This document shows, one piece after another, positions 23,240-35,052 of a stretch of 64,000 nucleotides of DNA; the stretch's first letter is position 1; every line of letters starts with the position of its first letter. The stretch covers positions 188,728,001-188,792,000 of the forward strand of contig CM059427.1 of NCBI GenBank assembly GCA_030390025.1, read 5' to 3'. The position numbers and the translations under genes are program-made. A model generated the notes under the pieces. The model did no database searches, had not been told where the DNA came from, and saw nothing but the letters and a program-made list of their open reading frames with translations. This DNA comes from Squalus acanthias (lineage: Eukaryota).

Positions 23240-26160
23240 GGTCTGAGAGCATTAAAAAAACAAGCCTGAAGGCTTTGTGTCTTAATGCAAGGAGCATTCG
23301 GAACAAGGTGGATGAATTAGCTGTACAAATAGAGGTAAATGAATACGATTTGATTGGGATTACAGAAATATGGCTCCAGGGTGGCCAAGACTGGGAACTC
23401 AACATCCAGGGGTATTCAATATTTAGGAAAGTTAGGCAAAAAAGAAAGGGAGGTGGGGTAGCATTGCTGGTTGAAGAGGGGATTAACACAATTGAAAGGA
23501 TTGATATTAGCTCTGATGATGCGGAATCTGTATGGGTAGAACTGAGAAATAACAAGGGGCAGAAAATGTTAGTGGGAGTGGTATATAGACCTCCAAACAG
23601 TAATACGGAGGTTGGGGATGGCATTAAAAGGGAAATTAGAGAAGCATGCAGTAAGGGCACAGCAGTCATCATGGGTGACTTTAATTTACATATAGATTGG
23701 GCTAACCAAATTACTAAAAATACTGTGGAGGAGGAATTCCTAGAATGTTTACGGGATGGTTTTCTGGAACAATATGTTGAGGAACCAACCAGAGATCAGG
23801 CCATATTAGACTGGGTATTATGTAACGAGAAAGGATTAATTAGCAATCTTGTTGTACGAGGCCCCTTGGGTCAGAGTGATCATAATATGATAGAATTCTT
23901 CGTTAGAATGGAGAGTGAAGTAGTTGAATCAGAGACTAGGGTCCTGAATTTAAATAAAGGAAACTACGATGGTATGAGGCACGAATTGGATAGGATTGAT
24001 TGGGGAATGTCACTCAAAGGGTTGACGATGGATAGGCAATGGCAAACATTCAAAGACTGCATGGATGAACTGCAGAATTTGTTCATCCCAGTGTGGCAGA
24101 AGAATAAAACAAAAAGGGTGACTCAACTGTAGCTAACAAGGGAAATTAGGGATAGCATAAGATCCAAGGAGAGGGCATATCGATTGGCTAGAAAAATTGG
24201 TAACCTTGAGGATTGGGAGCAGTTTAGGGTTCAACAAAGGAGGACAAAGGGATTAATTAAGAAGGGGAAAATAGAATATGAAAGTAAGCTTGCAGGGGAC
24301 ATAAAAACTGACTGTAAGAGCTTTTATAGATATGTGAAGAGAAAAAGATTAGTGAAATCAAGTGTAGGTCCCTTGCAGTCAGAAGCAGGGGAAGTTATAA
24401 TGGGGAACAAAGAAATGGCAGACCAATTAAATGCATATTTTGGTTCTGTCTTCACAAAGGAGGACACAAATAACCTCCCAGAGATGTTGGAGAACATAGG
24501 GTCTGATGAAAGGGAGGAACTGAAAGAAATCAGTATTTGCAGGGAAATGGTGTTAGGGAAATTGACGGGATTGAAGGCCGATAAATCCCCAGGGCCTGAT
24601 AATCTACATCCTAGGGTACTTAAGGAAGTGGCCCTAGAAATAGTAGATGCATTGCTGATCATCTTCCAACATTCGATGGAATCTGGAACTGTACCCATGG
24701 ATTGGAGGGTAGCTAATGTTACCCCACTAGTCAAAAAGTGTGGTGCAGAGAAAGCGGGGAATTACAGACCGGTAAGCCTGACATCGGTAGTGGGGAAAAT
24801 GCTAGAGTCCATTATAAAGGATGTAATAGCTGAGCACTTGAAAAACAGTGACAGGATCGGACAAAGTCAACATGGATTTACAAAAGGTAAATCGTGCTTG
24901 ACTAATCTACTGGAATTTTTTGAGGATGTAACTGGGAAAATAGATAAGGGAGAAACAGTAGATGTGGTGTATTTGGACTTTCAAAAGGCTTTCGATAAGG
25001 TCCCGCATAAGAGATTAGCGTGTAAAGTTAAGGCACATGGGATTGGGGGCAAGGTATTGACTTGGTAGGAGAACTGGTTGGCGGACAGAAAGCAGAGAGT
25101 AGGAATTAATGGGTCTTTTTCCGAGTGGCAGGCAGTGACTCATGGGGTACTGCAGGGATCAGTCCTTGGACCCCAGCTATTCACAATATACATTAATGAT
25201 CTAGATAAGGGAACTAAATATAATATCTCCAAGTTTGCAGATGACACAAAGCTGGGTGGGCGTGTGTGCTGCGAAGAGGATACCGAGAAACTCCAGGATG
25301 ATTTGGACAGGTTGAGTGAGTGGGCAGTAGCGTGGCAGATGCAATATAACATGGATAAATGGGAGGTTATCCACTTTGGTGTCAAAAACAGAAAGGCAGA
25401 CTATTATAGATTGGGAGAAGGGGAAGTGCAACGAGACCTGTGTGTCCTTGTGCACCAGTCGCTGAAGGTAAGCATGCAGGTGCAGCAGGCGTTGACGAAG
25501 GCAAATGGTATGTTGGCCTTCATAGCGAAAGGGTTTGAGTATAGGAACAGGGATGTCCTGCTGCAGTTGTACAGGGCCTTGGTTAGACCACACCTTGAGA
25601 ACTGTGTGCAGTTTTGATCGCCTTATCTGAGGAAGGATGTTCTTGCCATGGAAGGAGTTCAGCGAAGATTCACAAGGCTGATACCTGGGATGGCAGGAAT
25701 GACATATGAGGAGAGATTGGGTCGATTGGGCTAATACTCACTGGAGTATAGAAGAATGAGAGGGGATCTCATCGAAACATATAAAATTGTGACAGGTCTG
25801 GACAAACTAGATGCAGGAAGAATGTTCCCGATGGTCGGAGAGTCCAGAACCAGGGGTCATAATCTAAGGATAAGGGGTAAGCCATTTAGGACAGAAATGA
25901 GGAAGAATTTCTTCACCCAGAGAGTGGTGAACCTGTGGAATTCTCTACCACAGAAGGTAGTTGAGGCCAAGTCATTAAATATATTCAAGAATGAGTTAGA
26001 TATATTTCTTAAAGATAAAGGTATCAAGGGATATGGGGAGAAGGCAGTTACAGGGTACTGAGTTTGGATGATCAGCCATGATCTCATCGAATGGCGGAGC
26101 AGGCTCGAGGGCCGAATGGCCTACTCCTGCTCCTATCTTCTATGTTTCTATGTTTCTATG
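23240..26160 (+). mobile_element. CR1 LINE, near full ORF2 with stops
   Basis: EN/RT ORF pieces 23188-24132, 24184-25068, 25078-25617 and 25756-26061; (TTTCTATG)n tail. Confidence 0.95.
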
Positions 26161-27442
26161 TATCTGCTCTGATTTAACACAATCATTGCATCACACTGTT
26201 CAAACATGAAAATAACTTATGAATAATAACTTGCAATAGAAATGGTTCTCTTAATATTGATTCAACAATCCTTTCACAGCTTCTGCAGATGCTAGGTAAA
26301 AAAAAGCAGCTACATTATGAAAATAAATTGGACGTTACGTGTAATTTTGTTGCCCACTCAATTAATATCTCAAGTGTAATAACCAGCAATGATGATTCAA
26401 CTATGCAATGTGTCACTTAAGCTTGAGTTTTTCAGTCTCCGACTGGGTCAATGTGGGTAAATTCATCTCTTAATAGCCACCAACATTCAATTAATTCACT
26501 CAATGATGCACCTACTGCTGTTATCCTTGTTTACCAGTGTGAGTTATATCTTATGCTGCCATTTTTCAGGACACCCCGAATAAACACTTGAAATTAAAAA
26601 TCAACTTTTTACATAGAATTACATAGAATATACAGCACACAAACAGGCCATTCAGTTCATGCATACTCTGTTATGCATCATCTGTATATATTTGGTAATG
26701 CTACAATTTCTTTTCAGAAAAATCGAATGGCATAACCTGAATCACTGTAGAACACACTGTTTGCTGTAAATTTTGCTGTAACTTGAAAAGTTGACCTCAT
26801 TTTATGTACCATCATGCTTCGCGAGGCCAAGAGACTGGTTGCTGAGATGCTACGGTTGTAAGCTGTGAAAGCTGCCAATTGTCTTACAACAGATATGGAA
26901 AACAGACTTTTAAAGTTCTGTGGGAACAGACGATTGAGCTGAGGAATCAGTGCAAAAACAGAAACATCTTCAGACTATGGAATGTAACCGGCCTTGAAGC
27001 CCACAGATGCTTAACAGACTATTGATAAGAGTAACGTAAAAACAAATAATGCCGTATAGTTAGGGACACGTACGCAGTGGGAGAGCTGCCAAGTTTTGGG
27101 GTATAAAAGATGCTGTTTCAAGACACTCGGGGCTGCAGCCGGGCGAGCTGGTCAGTTGCCAGAAATCATACGTCTAGTCACTGCCGGATTGACCAGTCAC
27201 TGGTGTTAGTACATATGTGGTGCTTTGTTTGAGCTTAATTAAAGGGGTAGCTCTGTGTATGCTGAGGTATAGTTGGGAATTATTATACACCACATCAGAT
27301 GCTTACTTGTAATCTCTTGCTGATTTTTAAGTAAAAGAGGTTTTCACAGATTCATTGGGTTATGTGTTGTCTGTTCGACGGGTCTGAACTTTGGAAATTG
27401 TTTCAAGGGGCGAGGGGAGATTTCCGCACATCTTACAGATTT

Positions 27443-27461
27443 TGGTGCCCTGGACAGGGAC
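27443..27461 (+). promoter_or_regulatory. Primer-binding site, tRNA-Lys-like
   Basis: TGGTGCCCTGGACAGGGAC directly after the LTR end; resembles the Lys PBS TGGCGCCCGAACAGGGAC. Confidence 0.6.
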
Positions 27462-29825
27462 CCGTTCAGAGCAGACAATGGCAAAGACAATGGATGAGTT
27501 AGTCACTAAGTATGTGACAGGGAAGTTTCCTCTTCGAGAGAGGTGGATCCGGGTCATTATAGATGGTGATGATCCAGTATTGGAGGCTGAACAGTGGACA
27601 CAAAGGTCCATGTGTCAGCAAAGGTTAAGGAAATCCATTTTGTTATTGGCTCATCAGAGGCCGGTTAAATCTGATGAAAGGGTAAAGATCGAGTTAAGGA
27701 AAGAAACAGAGGAAGAAATGGAAGGTAGGAAAATGCTCGAGGAAAAGTTGGAAATGGAGGAGAGGTGGTGTAATAAAGAACAATACCTCGAGAGCCAGTG
27801 TATAAATAATCAGGATCAGTACGATGTTTTGTCAAAAGAACTATCCTAACAGAGACATCGGGCAGAGCAGGCAGAAAAGGTCAATGAGGACCTGAATGTT
27901 GCGTTTAGGGTCACCCAGAAACAGGCTCTAGAGGAACGGAGTGCTCCTGGGGATCACACAGAATGTAATAAGTGGATTAAGAAACTGGAGGAGAAGCATA
28001 ATGAGCAGGAGAGAGAGTGGGAGATAAAAAGGGAAAAAGATCCAAGTTGCAGGCTAATCAATCTGAAAACTCAGCAAGTGAAGGAAAAAAACAAGGATTT
28101 GGGGAGCCGGGAAAAGCTGCTGAGACGACAATTTAAAAAAAGGAGAAAAAAAAGAGAAATTTAAAGTTTTACCGACATGGAAGCTATCAGCTTCTGTGCC
28201 GAGACTAATAAAACACAAGTTTTGCTGTATGAAAGGAACCTTAAAGGATGCTGGAATTTCAGTTTGTGTGAAGGTGTGTGTTAAAGACTGAAAGTTTTCC
28301 TGACTATGAATTTTAAGAAGTTACAGTATTCCTTTTTTCTGAAAGTCTGTCTTTGAAAGAAAGTGTCTGTTGTGTTTGTTTTAGCTCCACCCACTTCTCT
28401 GTGCATGGAGCTAAAAGCCGTTTAACCCTTTGTAGTCTTGTCTTGAATGTTGGAAGTTTTAAGAAAGTATGAATGTATTAAATATGTTCATTTCAATTTA
28501 AGATTGTGCACCTAGAAGCGAAAGAAACTTTGTGATTTGCATTTTAAAGTTACAGACACTGCTGTGGATATATTTTAACTGGGACGGCTTGTACAGCAAA
28601 CTGTAAATCAGAGGCAGTTTGTTTTACAAAAGATAAGCTTCAGTCTTGAAGTTACGGTTGCCATGGTTTCTGATCGTGTCTGGTAGAAAATGAATTTGGA
28701 TTTTTTGAAAGTACTTGTTTTAATTGGATTTCAAAAATTGCTATTGTTTGATTTTATTTTCAAAATAATTTGAACATTTACAATGCAATGTCTTCTTAAT
28801 TTGATTACTGCAAGTCCGAGACACCCACTTTCTAAGTTTTTGACAAATAGCCTATGGTGAAATAAAGACAGGAGAAAAGGAAAGATTCTGGCCCTCGGCT
28901 AATTTCAGTGTAGTGATGTCTGAAAAAAAAAATTGTATGAATGTTTCGAAGCTACAAGCTGAGGGAAGCTCCTCCCTCTTTTTCAAGTGGTACTGGTTAT
29001 TTTAAGATCTTGGTTTGAATTAAATTGGAGTTATTGAGGTTAATTAACCTGTTTAAACCAGACTTTAATTGTGGCCACGGTGAAATTCTGGTTGGTGTAA
29101 ATTGTGTGAAAGCCTCTAGTTCCGGACATGAGGCAATCACATCAACAATTGGCATTTTTTTTTAAATTTCTGACCAATTTCAAGTATGTGTGACCAGGAA
29201 AAAAAAAGGAAATGCTATCGTTGTGCGTGGAGTTGTTTCACAGAAAGTTTATGATGTTTGATGTTTTTACCTGCTGAATTGAATTGATCAGAATCTTTGC
29301 AAGTTTTAAAGGCACAAAGATTTTGCAAAAGTAACAGTGTTTTTATTGACGAGTTTTTAAATTTACTTGAAAGTTGCAAGAAGCTTGTGACACAAGCTGA
29401 CATTGACTGATGATGTTTGTGTTTGTCTTCTTCTGAAAAGAAAGTGAACTAACCTGTTAAATTGTGAAAACCCAACTGTCTTTTTCGATCGGGAAAGTTT
29501 TTTTTAATTTACGTGAAGTGACACAATTGCGTGCGTCTGACAATTTGCTCCGCCTTCTTACAAACCTGCAAAGGAGTTAACCCTTTCCGCTGACAGCTGC
29601 TTTTTTTAAATTCACCACACAACAACTTTTTATTGCTGAATGAAATTTAAAGATATTGTACATTATTAAATTTAAGGTTATTAACTTGAGTGGATATTTC
29701 CCCACAGTGTCAGAAGGGAATCAGGAATTGATGAATTAACCCATTAGACTGGCAGAAAAGCCACAATGGATTGTCTGTTTTTTCTTTCAAGCAGGGGGCC
29801 AGATGAGTGTTGATGGTGCAAGATT

Positions 29826-30560
29826 ACCAGGTGGGTAGAAGCCTTCCCGTGCATATTGGCCACAGCCTCATGGATGGCCAAGACCCTAGTTAGAGAGGTA
29901 TTCTCCAGATGGGGACTTCCTCGCATGGTAGAGTCGGACCAGGGAGTCATTTCACAGGTCAGGTAATGCAAGCCACTCTGAAATTGCTAGGAATTGAAGG
30001 GAAATGGCACGTGACCCATAACCCGCAGTCATCGGGAATTGTGGAAAGAATGAACCGTACGTTGAAGTTGGCCCTGCAAAAGTAATTAAATGAACAGCAC
30101 ACTAAGTGGGATGAGATACTTCCCCTAATCCTTATGGGAATACGCAGTAAAGAATCCAAAGGATTGGGTCACTCCCCTCATGAATTGGTAACGGGGAGAC
30201 CCATGTGAACCCCCACCCACCTGTTGGTCCCCACTCTGACTGATAAACAAATTAAGGAGGTGACTCGGGACACATTCCTGAGCGACCTGTGGGGAACTTT
30301 GAAAGAACTGAACTTGAGGGCCACCCACAACATTGGGAAGGCACACCAACACAACCGACTATACTTGGCTCCGAGTAAACCCCAGGAGTGGGAAAGTAGG
30401 GAGCCAGGTAATGGTATGAAACTATGCGAGGGTGGGTGTCTTTGAACCCCTGTACAAGGGGCCGTATAGCATTGTTGATAAAGCTAGTCCCATTGGTGTA
30501 TGCGGTTCAGTTGCCTAAGAAAATTAAATGGTTTCATATTAACCAGATGAAGCTTTTTCA
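29826..30560 (+). pseudogene. Retroviral-type integrase core and GPY C-terminal remnant
   Basis: Hand translation with frameshifts: TRWVEAFP..REVFSRWGLPRMVESDQG/SHFTGQVMQ..HNPQSSGIVERMNRTLK..KWDEILPLILMGIRS..SPHELVTGRPM..YKGPYSIVDK..WFHINQMK. Confidence 0.88.
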
Positions 30561-31419
30561 GCCCACTAGCAGGTCAAGAAGACAACGAGCCACGATTATG
30601 AGCATGGTGAGCTAGATTTATCCTCTCCAATGGGATGATGCAGAGGGGATGCCCAACAGGGAACCCCACCCAATGAGGCGCCCTTGCCTGAAGTGGTGCC
30701 TCCACAGGTACAGTATGATTCAAATGAAGGTGTACAGGACGTGGGAGCTGTAGAAACCTCCTCGTCCCCAGGTCCAGAACCACCTCCTGTCCACAGACGA
30801 GTCCAACAGGCCCCTCCTACCCCATGTGTAAGGGGGCGTGTCTCAGATGGTGCTGGTGCGAGGTTAGGCCTTCATTGCCTAGTTCAATGATCCTTACTGT
30901 GCATAGGAAAATGATTCCAGCACTTATATCATTGCTATTGTTCACAATGCAAACGGGTTGCATCCTGTCTTTATCAATGTTTACCGAGTATGATCCAATC
31001 TTATACTGATTGTATATTTGACGCCATCTTGTCTGCCCACTGTGTTTCTGGAAGCTTCTGCCACGATGCGCGGCGGCCATTTTACAGGCTTCTGTGTCCT
31101 TTATTATCAGGACAGCATTTCGTTTAATAAAACTGATCAATTGAATTTGCTTCTCTCATGTTATTTTGAATCGCGATAATTGCGAAACTCTACACATGGC
31201 AGCGTAGTAAAAGAAATAAAAAGACACCCTTGAAGCATCGTCAGTGGTAGGAATGAGAAAATTGTCCAATGCAGGAAAAATAAAAGTAGGAAGCCCCGTT
31301 TTGTTTTAAAAAAATACATCAGTATTGAGAGCCTGAACTAATGGGTGTATATGGGGTGCAAGGCCGGGAGTCACATTCTGTTTTTGTCCCTTATCCCCAC
31401 AGGCAAAAAGATAAATAAA

Positions 31420-32940
31420 ATGAAGGAATTATTCTGGCCAATGATCGGGATTCTGCTCTATCTCGAAGATTTCACATCAGCCTATTCGGCATACTGGACC
31501 ACCACTAACTATTTTCCCTATAATAGTTTGATTGCGGTTGCCCCAGAGACACCACCCCAAGGCACCACTCAAAACATTACCCTCCAGTACATCAGGGGTG
31601 ATTGCAAGACCCCATGTTCGGATACAGTATGGGTTATCACTTATGAGGTCCAGGAAGGTAGGGAGGGTATGCATAAGATGCAAAGATCGCCCCACCGGGC
31701 CAAGGGCATGGTTCTTACAAACAGAACCAAGTGACCATTCAAAGTATTATCAGATAGGGAACCCTCGAGGGAATGTAGGAAGCCTGACCCAATCCCGAGC
31801 AGCGGGAGACACCCTGCTGTGTTGGCCCCGATGGTGGAAAATTCATGAGGCAATTTACGGAGGTGTAAGCCTAAGTAGGGTGACAGACAGGTTCCAGTCA
31901 GATGATTCGTACGGCTTGTCCATGATTGAAAGGGATGTGATCAGTTGTACGATGTTTGCCCACAATAAAGCTAAGGAACTCTATCAATGTTATAGCAACG
32001 ATATCGGTATTAGCACCTGTCACGTAAGGGGATGTGGTAACGGAAGTGCGGTTATACATGCAATAGAATTAAAATAGGATAGAAGGGAGATGGGGAAAAT
32101 GATCTTACCCTGCACCTCCCCCCACCCCACAACTTCCCATGAAAATGAAGTTATCCTATTTTCCCTTGGAACCCATGTCCAATAATGGAGGCAATAGCAC
32201 TGACACATGCTTGATGTTTGTAAATTGTTAAATATTGATCCCATAATGTTCAAAACTGGGTCATACTGAAGAGTCAAATGGACTTTTTATGTCATAATGC
32301 TCTTTGTCACTATTCCTCTAACAGCAATAATAACATTTTGCATCAGACACTCCCTAATAAATGTAACCTAGCAAGTAGAGCTTGTAATATTAGGGTGTGA
32401 ATACTCAATAGGTTCAGATGATATTCCTTTGACTTATATTTTAACAGAGGCATTAACCTGTTTATTTTGAATGGATTACTGCCTCTGACCCAATAGCAGA
32501 GGAGTGTCATATGAACAAGATAAGTATTTGAACACTAATAGAGCACAAATATAATTTCCGGGCTTACACCTTTGCAGCATAGAAGGTGACAGTAACCCAT
32601 CAGTAGCAGACACCTGATACACAGCAAGTCACAAAGTCAGTTGGAATTTAGAGATCAAAGACAGGTTAATATCTTGGGTGGGTACTCCTCATCGAATAAC
32701 AATGTGTGTATCATGCTGGATATGTAAGGTATCACAGCCATATGCCACAATATTCGACCAACAACTGTGTCTATAAGGCACCAGATAGAAGAACATCAGC
32801 CATTGTAGCCCCAACATGGTTGTCCTACACTTTGATATCAGTTACTCTGCTGTGCTGGACGTGTAATTTTACCCTGCTTATAGAATACATTGATTATTGA
32901 TGACACGGAAACATACAATACTTCAACATCTGGATGACTA
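31420..32940 (+). pseudogene. Putative env-like glycoprotein remnant
   Basis: MKELFWPMIGILLYLEDFTSA signal-peptide-like start, NIT and NGS sequons, Cys-rich frameshifted continuation; lies downstream of the integrase. Confidence 0.5.
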
Positions 32941-34446
32941 AGTCTACCTCTTAATATTTAGAATCATAGAATCATAGAATGGTTACAGCATGGAAGGAGG
33001 CCAGATGGCCCGTTGAGCCCATGCCAGCTCTCTGCAAGAGCACTTCAGCTAGTCCCACTCCCCCGCCCTTGCCCCGTAGCCCTGCAAATTTTTTTTCTTC
33101 ACGTACTTATCCAACTCCCTTTTGAAAGCTGTGATGGAGTCTGCCTCCACCACCATTTCAGGCAGTGCATTCCAGATCCTATTCACTCGCTGAGTAAAAC
33201 AGTTTTTCTTCATGTCGTCTTTGGTCCTTCTGCCAATCACCTTAAACCTGTGTCCTCTGGTTCTTGTCCCTTTTGCCAATGGGAGCAGTTTCTCTCTCTC
33301 TACTCTGTCTAGAGCCCTCATGATTTTGAACACCTCGGTCAAATCTCCTCTCAATCTTCTCTGCTCTAAGGAGAACAACCCCAGCTTCTCCACTCTATCC
33401 ACGTAACTGAAGTCCCTCATCCCTGGAATCATTCTCGTAAATCTTTTCTGCACCCTCTCTAAGGCCTTCACATCCTTCCTAAAGTGTGGTGCCCAGAATT
33501 GGACACAATACTCCAGATGAGGTAGAACCAGTGTTTTATAAAGGTTCATCATAACTTCCACGCTTTTGTACTCTATACCTGTATTCATGAAGCCCAGGAT
33601 CCCGTAAGCTTTTTTACCTGTTTCTCAACCTGCCCTGCCACTGTAAGGTTTCCAAAATTTACAGATCCCCAAAACCTAAGGAAAAAGGACTTTGGAACTA
33701 CCTCAGAGTGATAAAAATGCATTTGGGCCTAACCTAAGGAATATAATACCAAAACCCAAGTTTTGGCATTTTTAAAACATGTCTAGGCCTGTAAAGGGAG
33801 AAAAGGCTGTGAAAGAAGGTGGGATAAACCTCTGCAAAAGCAGTTTTGGGTATTGCTGTTAAATTGCATTGTCTGGGGAATCGGGATGACCTCACTCAAG
33901 CCCCAGCAAGCAGTAACATTTTGACAATAGACCCTAGGAGGAGACAGTCCCACCCAAAACAACAGGTCCCATCAAAACCGTTTGCAGAACCCATTAAAGA
34001 CATGCATAAAGCAAATATTCTGTAGAAGTCCGAGACCCAGTCAAGAAACCCAAAACATGAGGACAATCCAAACTCCGATTAAACAACAGATCGACGGGAT
34101 GGAGCTATCCTGAAACCACTTCACACATTTACAAACCAGTTAACACGCTAGTAAAGTTGTTACTGTTAACGAGGTCTTACAATGACCGGGATTTGATTTG
34201 GTTTTGATAAGTCCACTTCAATTTAGTATAATTGCAGGCCCATCAAGCAGTTCAGCAGTTACAACAGTTGCAAGTTCGAGTTCTCCAGTAACAACAGTTC
34301 AAGTTCAACAGAAGGCAGTTCTGCAGTTTGGAGTTCAATTGAAAGCCTGTTCTGCAAGAAGATAGGTACAGTTCTGCAAGAAGGCAGTTCCACAGCTCAG
34401 AAGAAGACAGTTTAAACAGAAGCAGAGTTCAACAGAAACAGTTCCA

Positions 34447-34519
34447 GCCGAAATAGCTCAGTTGGGAGTGCGTTAGACTGAAGATCTAAAGGTCCCTGGT
34501 TCAATCCCGGGTTTCGGCA
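34447..34519 (+). tRNA. tRNA-Phe-GAA: tRNA-Phe(GAA), probably a retroposed or pseudogene copy
   Basis: GCCGAAATAGCTCAGTTGGGAGTGCGTTAGACTGAAGATCTAAAGGTCCCTGGTTCAATCCCGGGTTTCGGCA is the vertebrate tRNA-Phe with GAGC>GTGC, which breaks one D-stem pair. No encoded CCA. Confidence 0.9.
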
Positions 34520-34623
34520 GTGGAGGTGGTCCTACGTTTGTGTCCCATTATCACCTCCCTTTGCCTTGCAGCATCAGCCCTTTTTCTGGCTTGATCACTC
34601 CTGCACTCCACTCTATCCTTTAT

Positions 34624-35052
34624 GGGCAACACGGTGGCATCGTGGTTAGCACTGGTGCCTCACAGCGCCAGGGACCCGGGTTCGAATCTGACCTCGGGTG
34701 ACTGTCTGTGTGGAGTTTGCACATTCTCCCCGTGTCTGCGTGGGTTTCCTCCGGGTGCTCCGGTTTCCTCCCACAGTCCAAAAATGTGTGGGTTAGGTTG
34801 ATTTGGCTATGATAAATTGACCCTTAGTGTTAGGGGGGGATTAAATATGTGGGGTTATGGGGATAGGATGGGATATGTTAGGGGGAATTAAATGCGTGGG
34901 GTTACGGGGGTAGGGTGGGATATGTGTACTGTGGGGATTAAAGCAGGGATAGGGTACTGGATTTGAATGATCAGCCATGATCGTATTGAATGGTGGAGCA
35001 GGCTCGACGGGCCGAATGGCCTACTCCTGCTCCTAGATTCTATGTTTCTATG
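34624..35052 (+). mobile_element. HE1-type V-SINE with CR1/HER1-derived tail
   Basis: tRNA-like head (GGTTCGAATC), V-domain TGTGTGGAGTTTGCACATTCTCCCCGTGTCTGCGTGGGTTTCCTCCGGGTGCTCCGGTTTCCTCCCACAGTCCAAA, and a CR1 3' tail with TTTCTATG. Confidence 0.88.

Larger units (their letters stand above)
26746..32960 (+). mobile_element. Degenerate LTR retrovirus-like element: 5' LTR, PBS, gag-like ORF, integrase remnant, env-like ORF; no PR/RT/RH and no 3' LTR seen
   Basis: LTR (start approximate) with TATAAAA near 27103 and AGTAAA near 27331, ending ...TCTTACA at 27437. PBS TGGTGCCCTGGACAGGGAC at 27443. Coiled-coil ORF from 27478; integrase motifs about 29826-30560; signal-peptide ORF from 31420. Confidence 0.75.
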
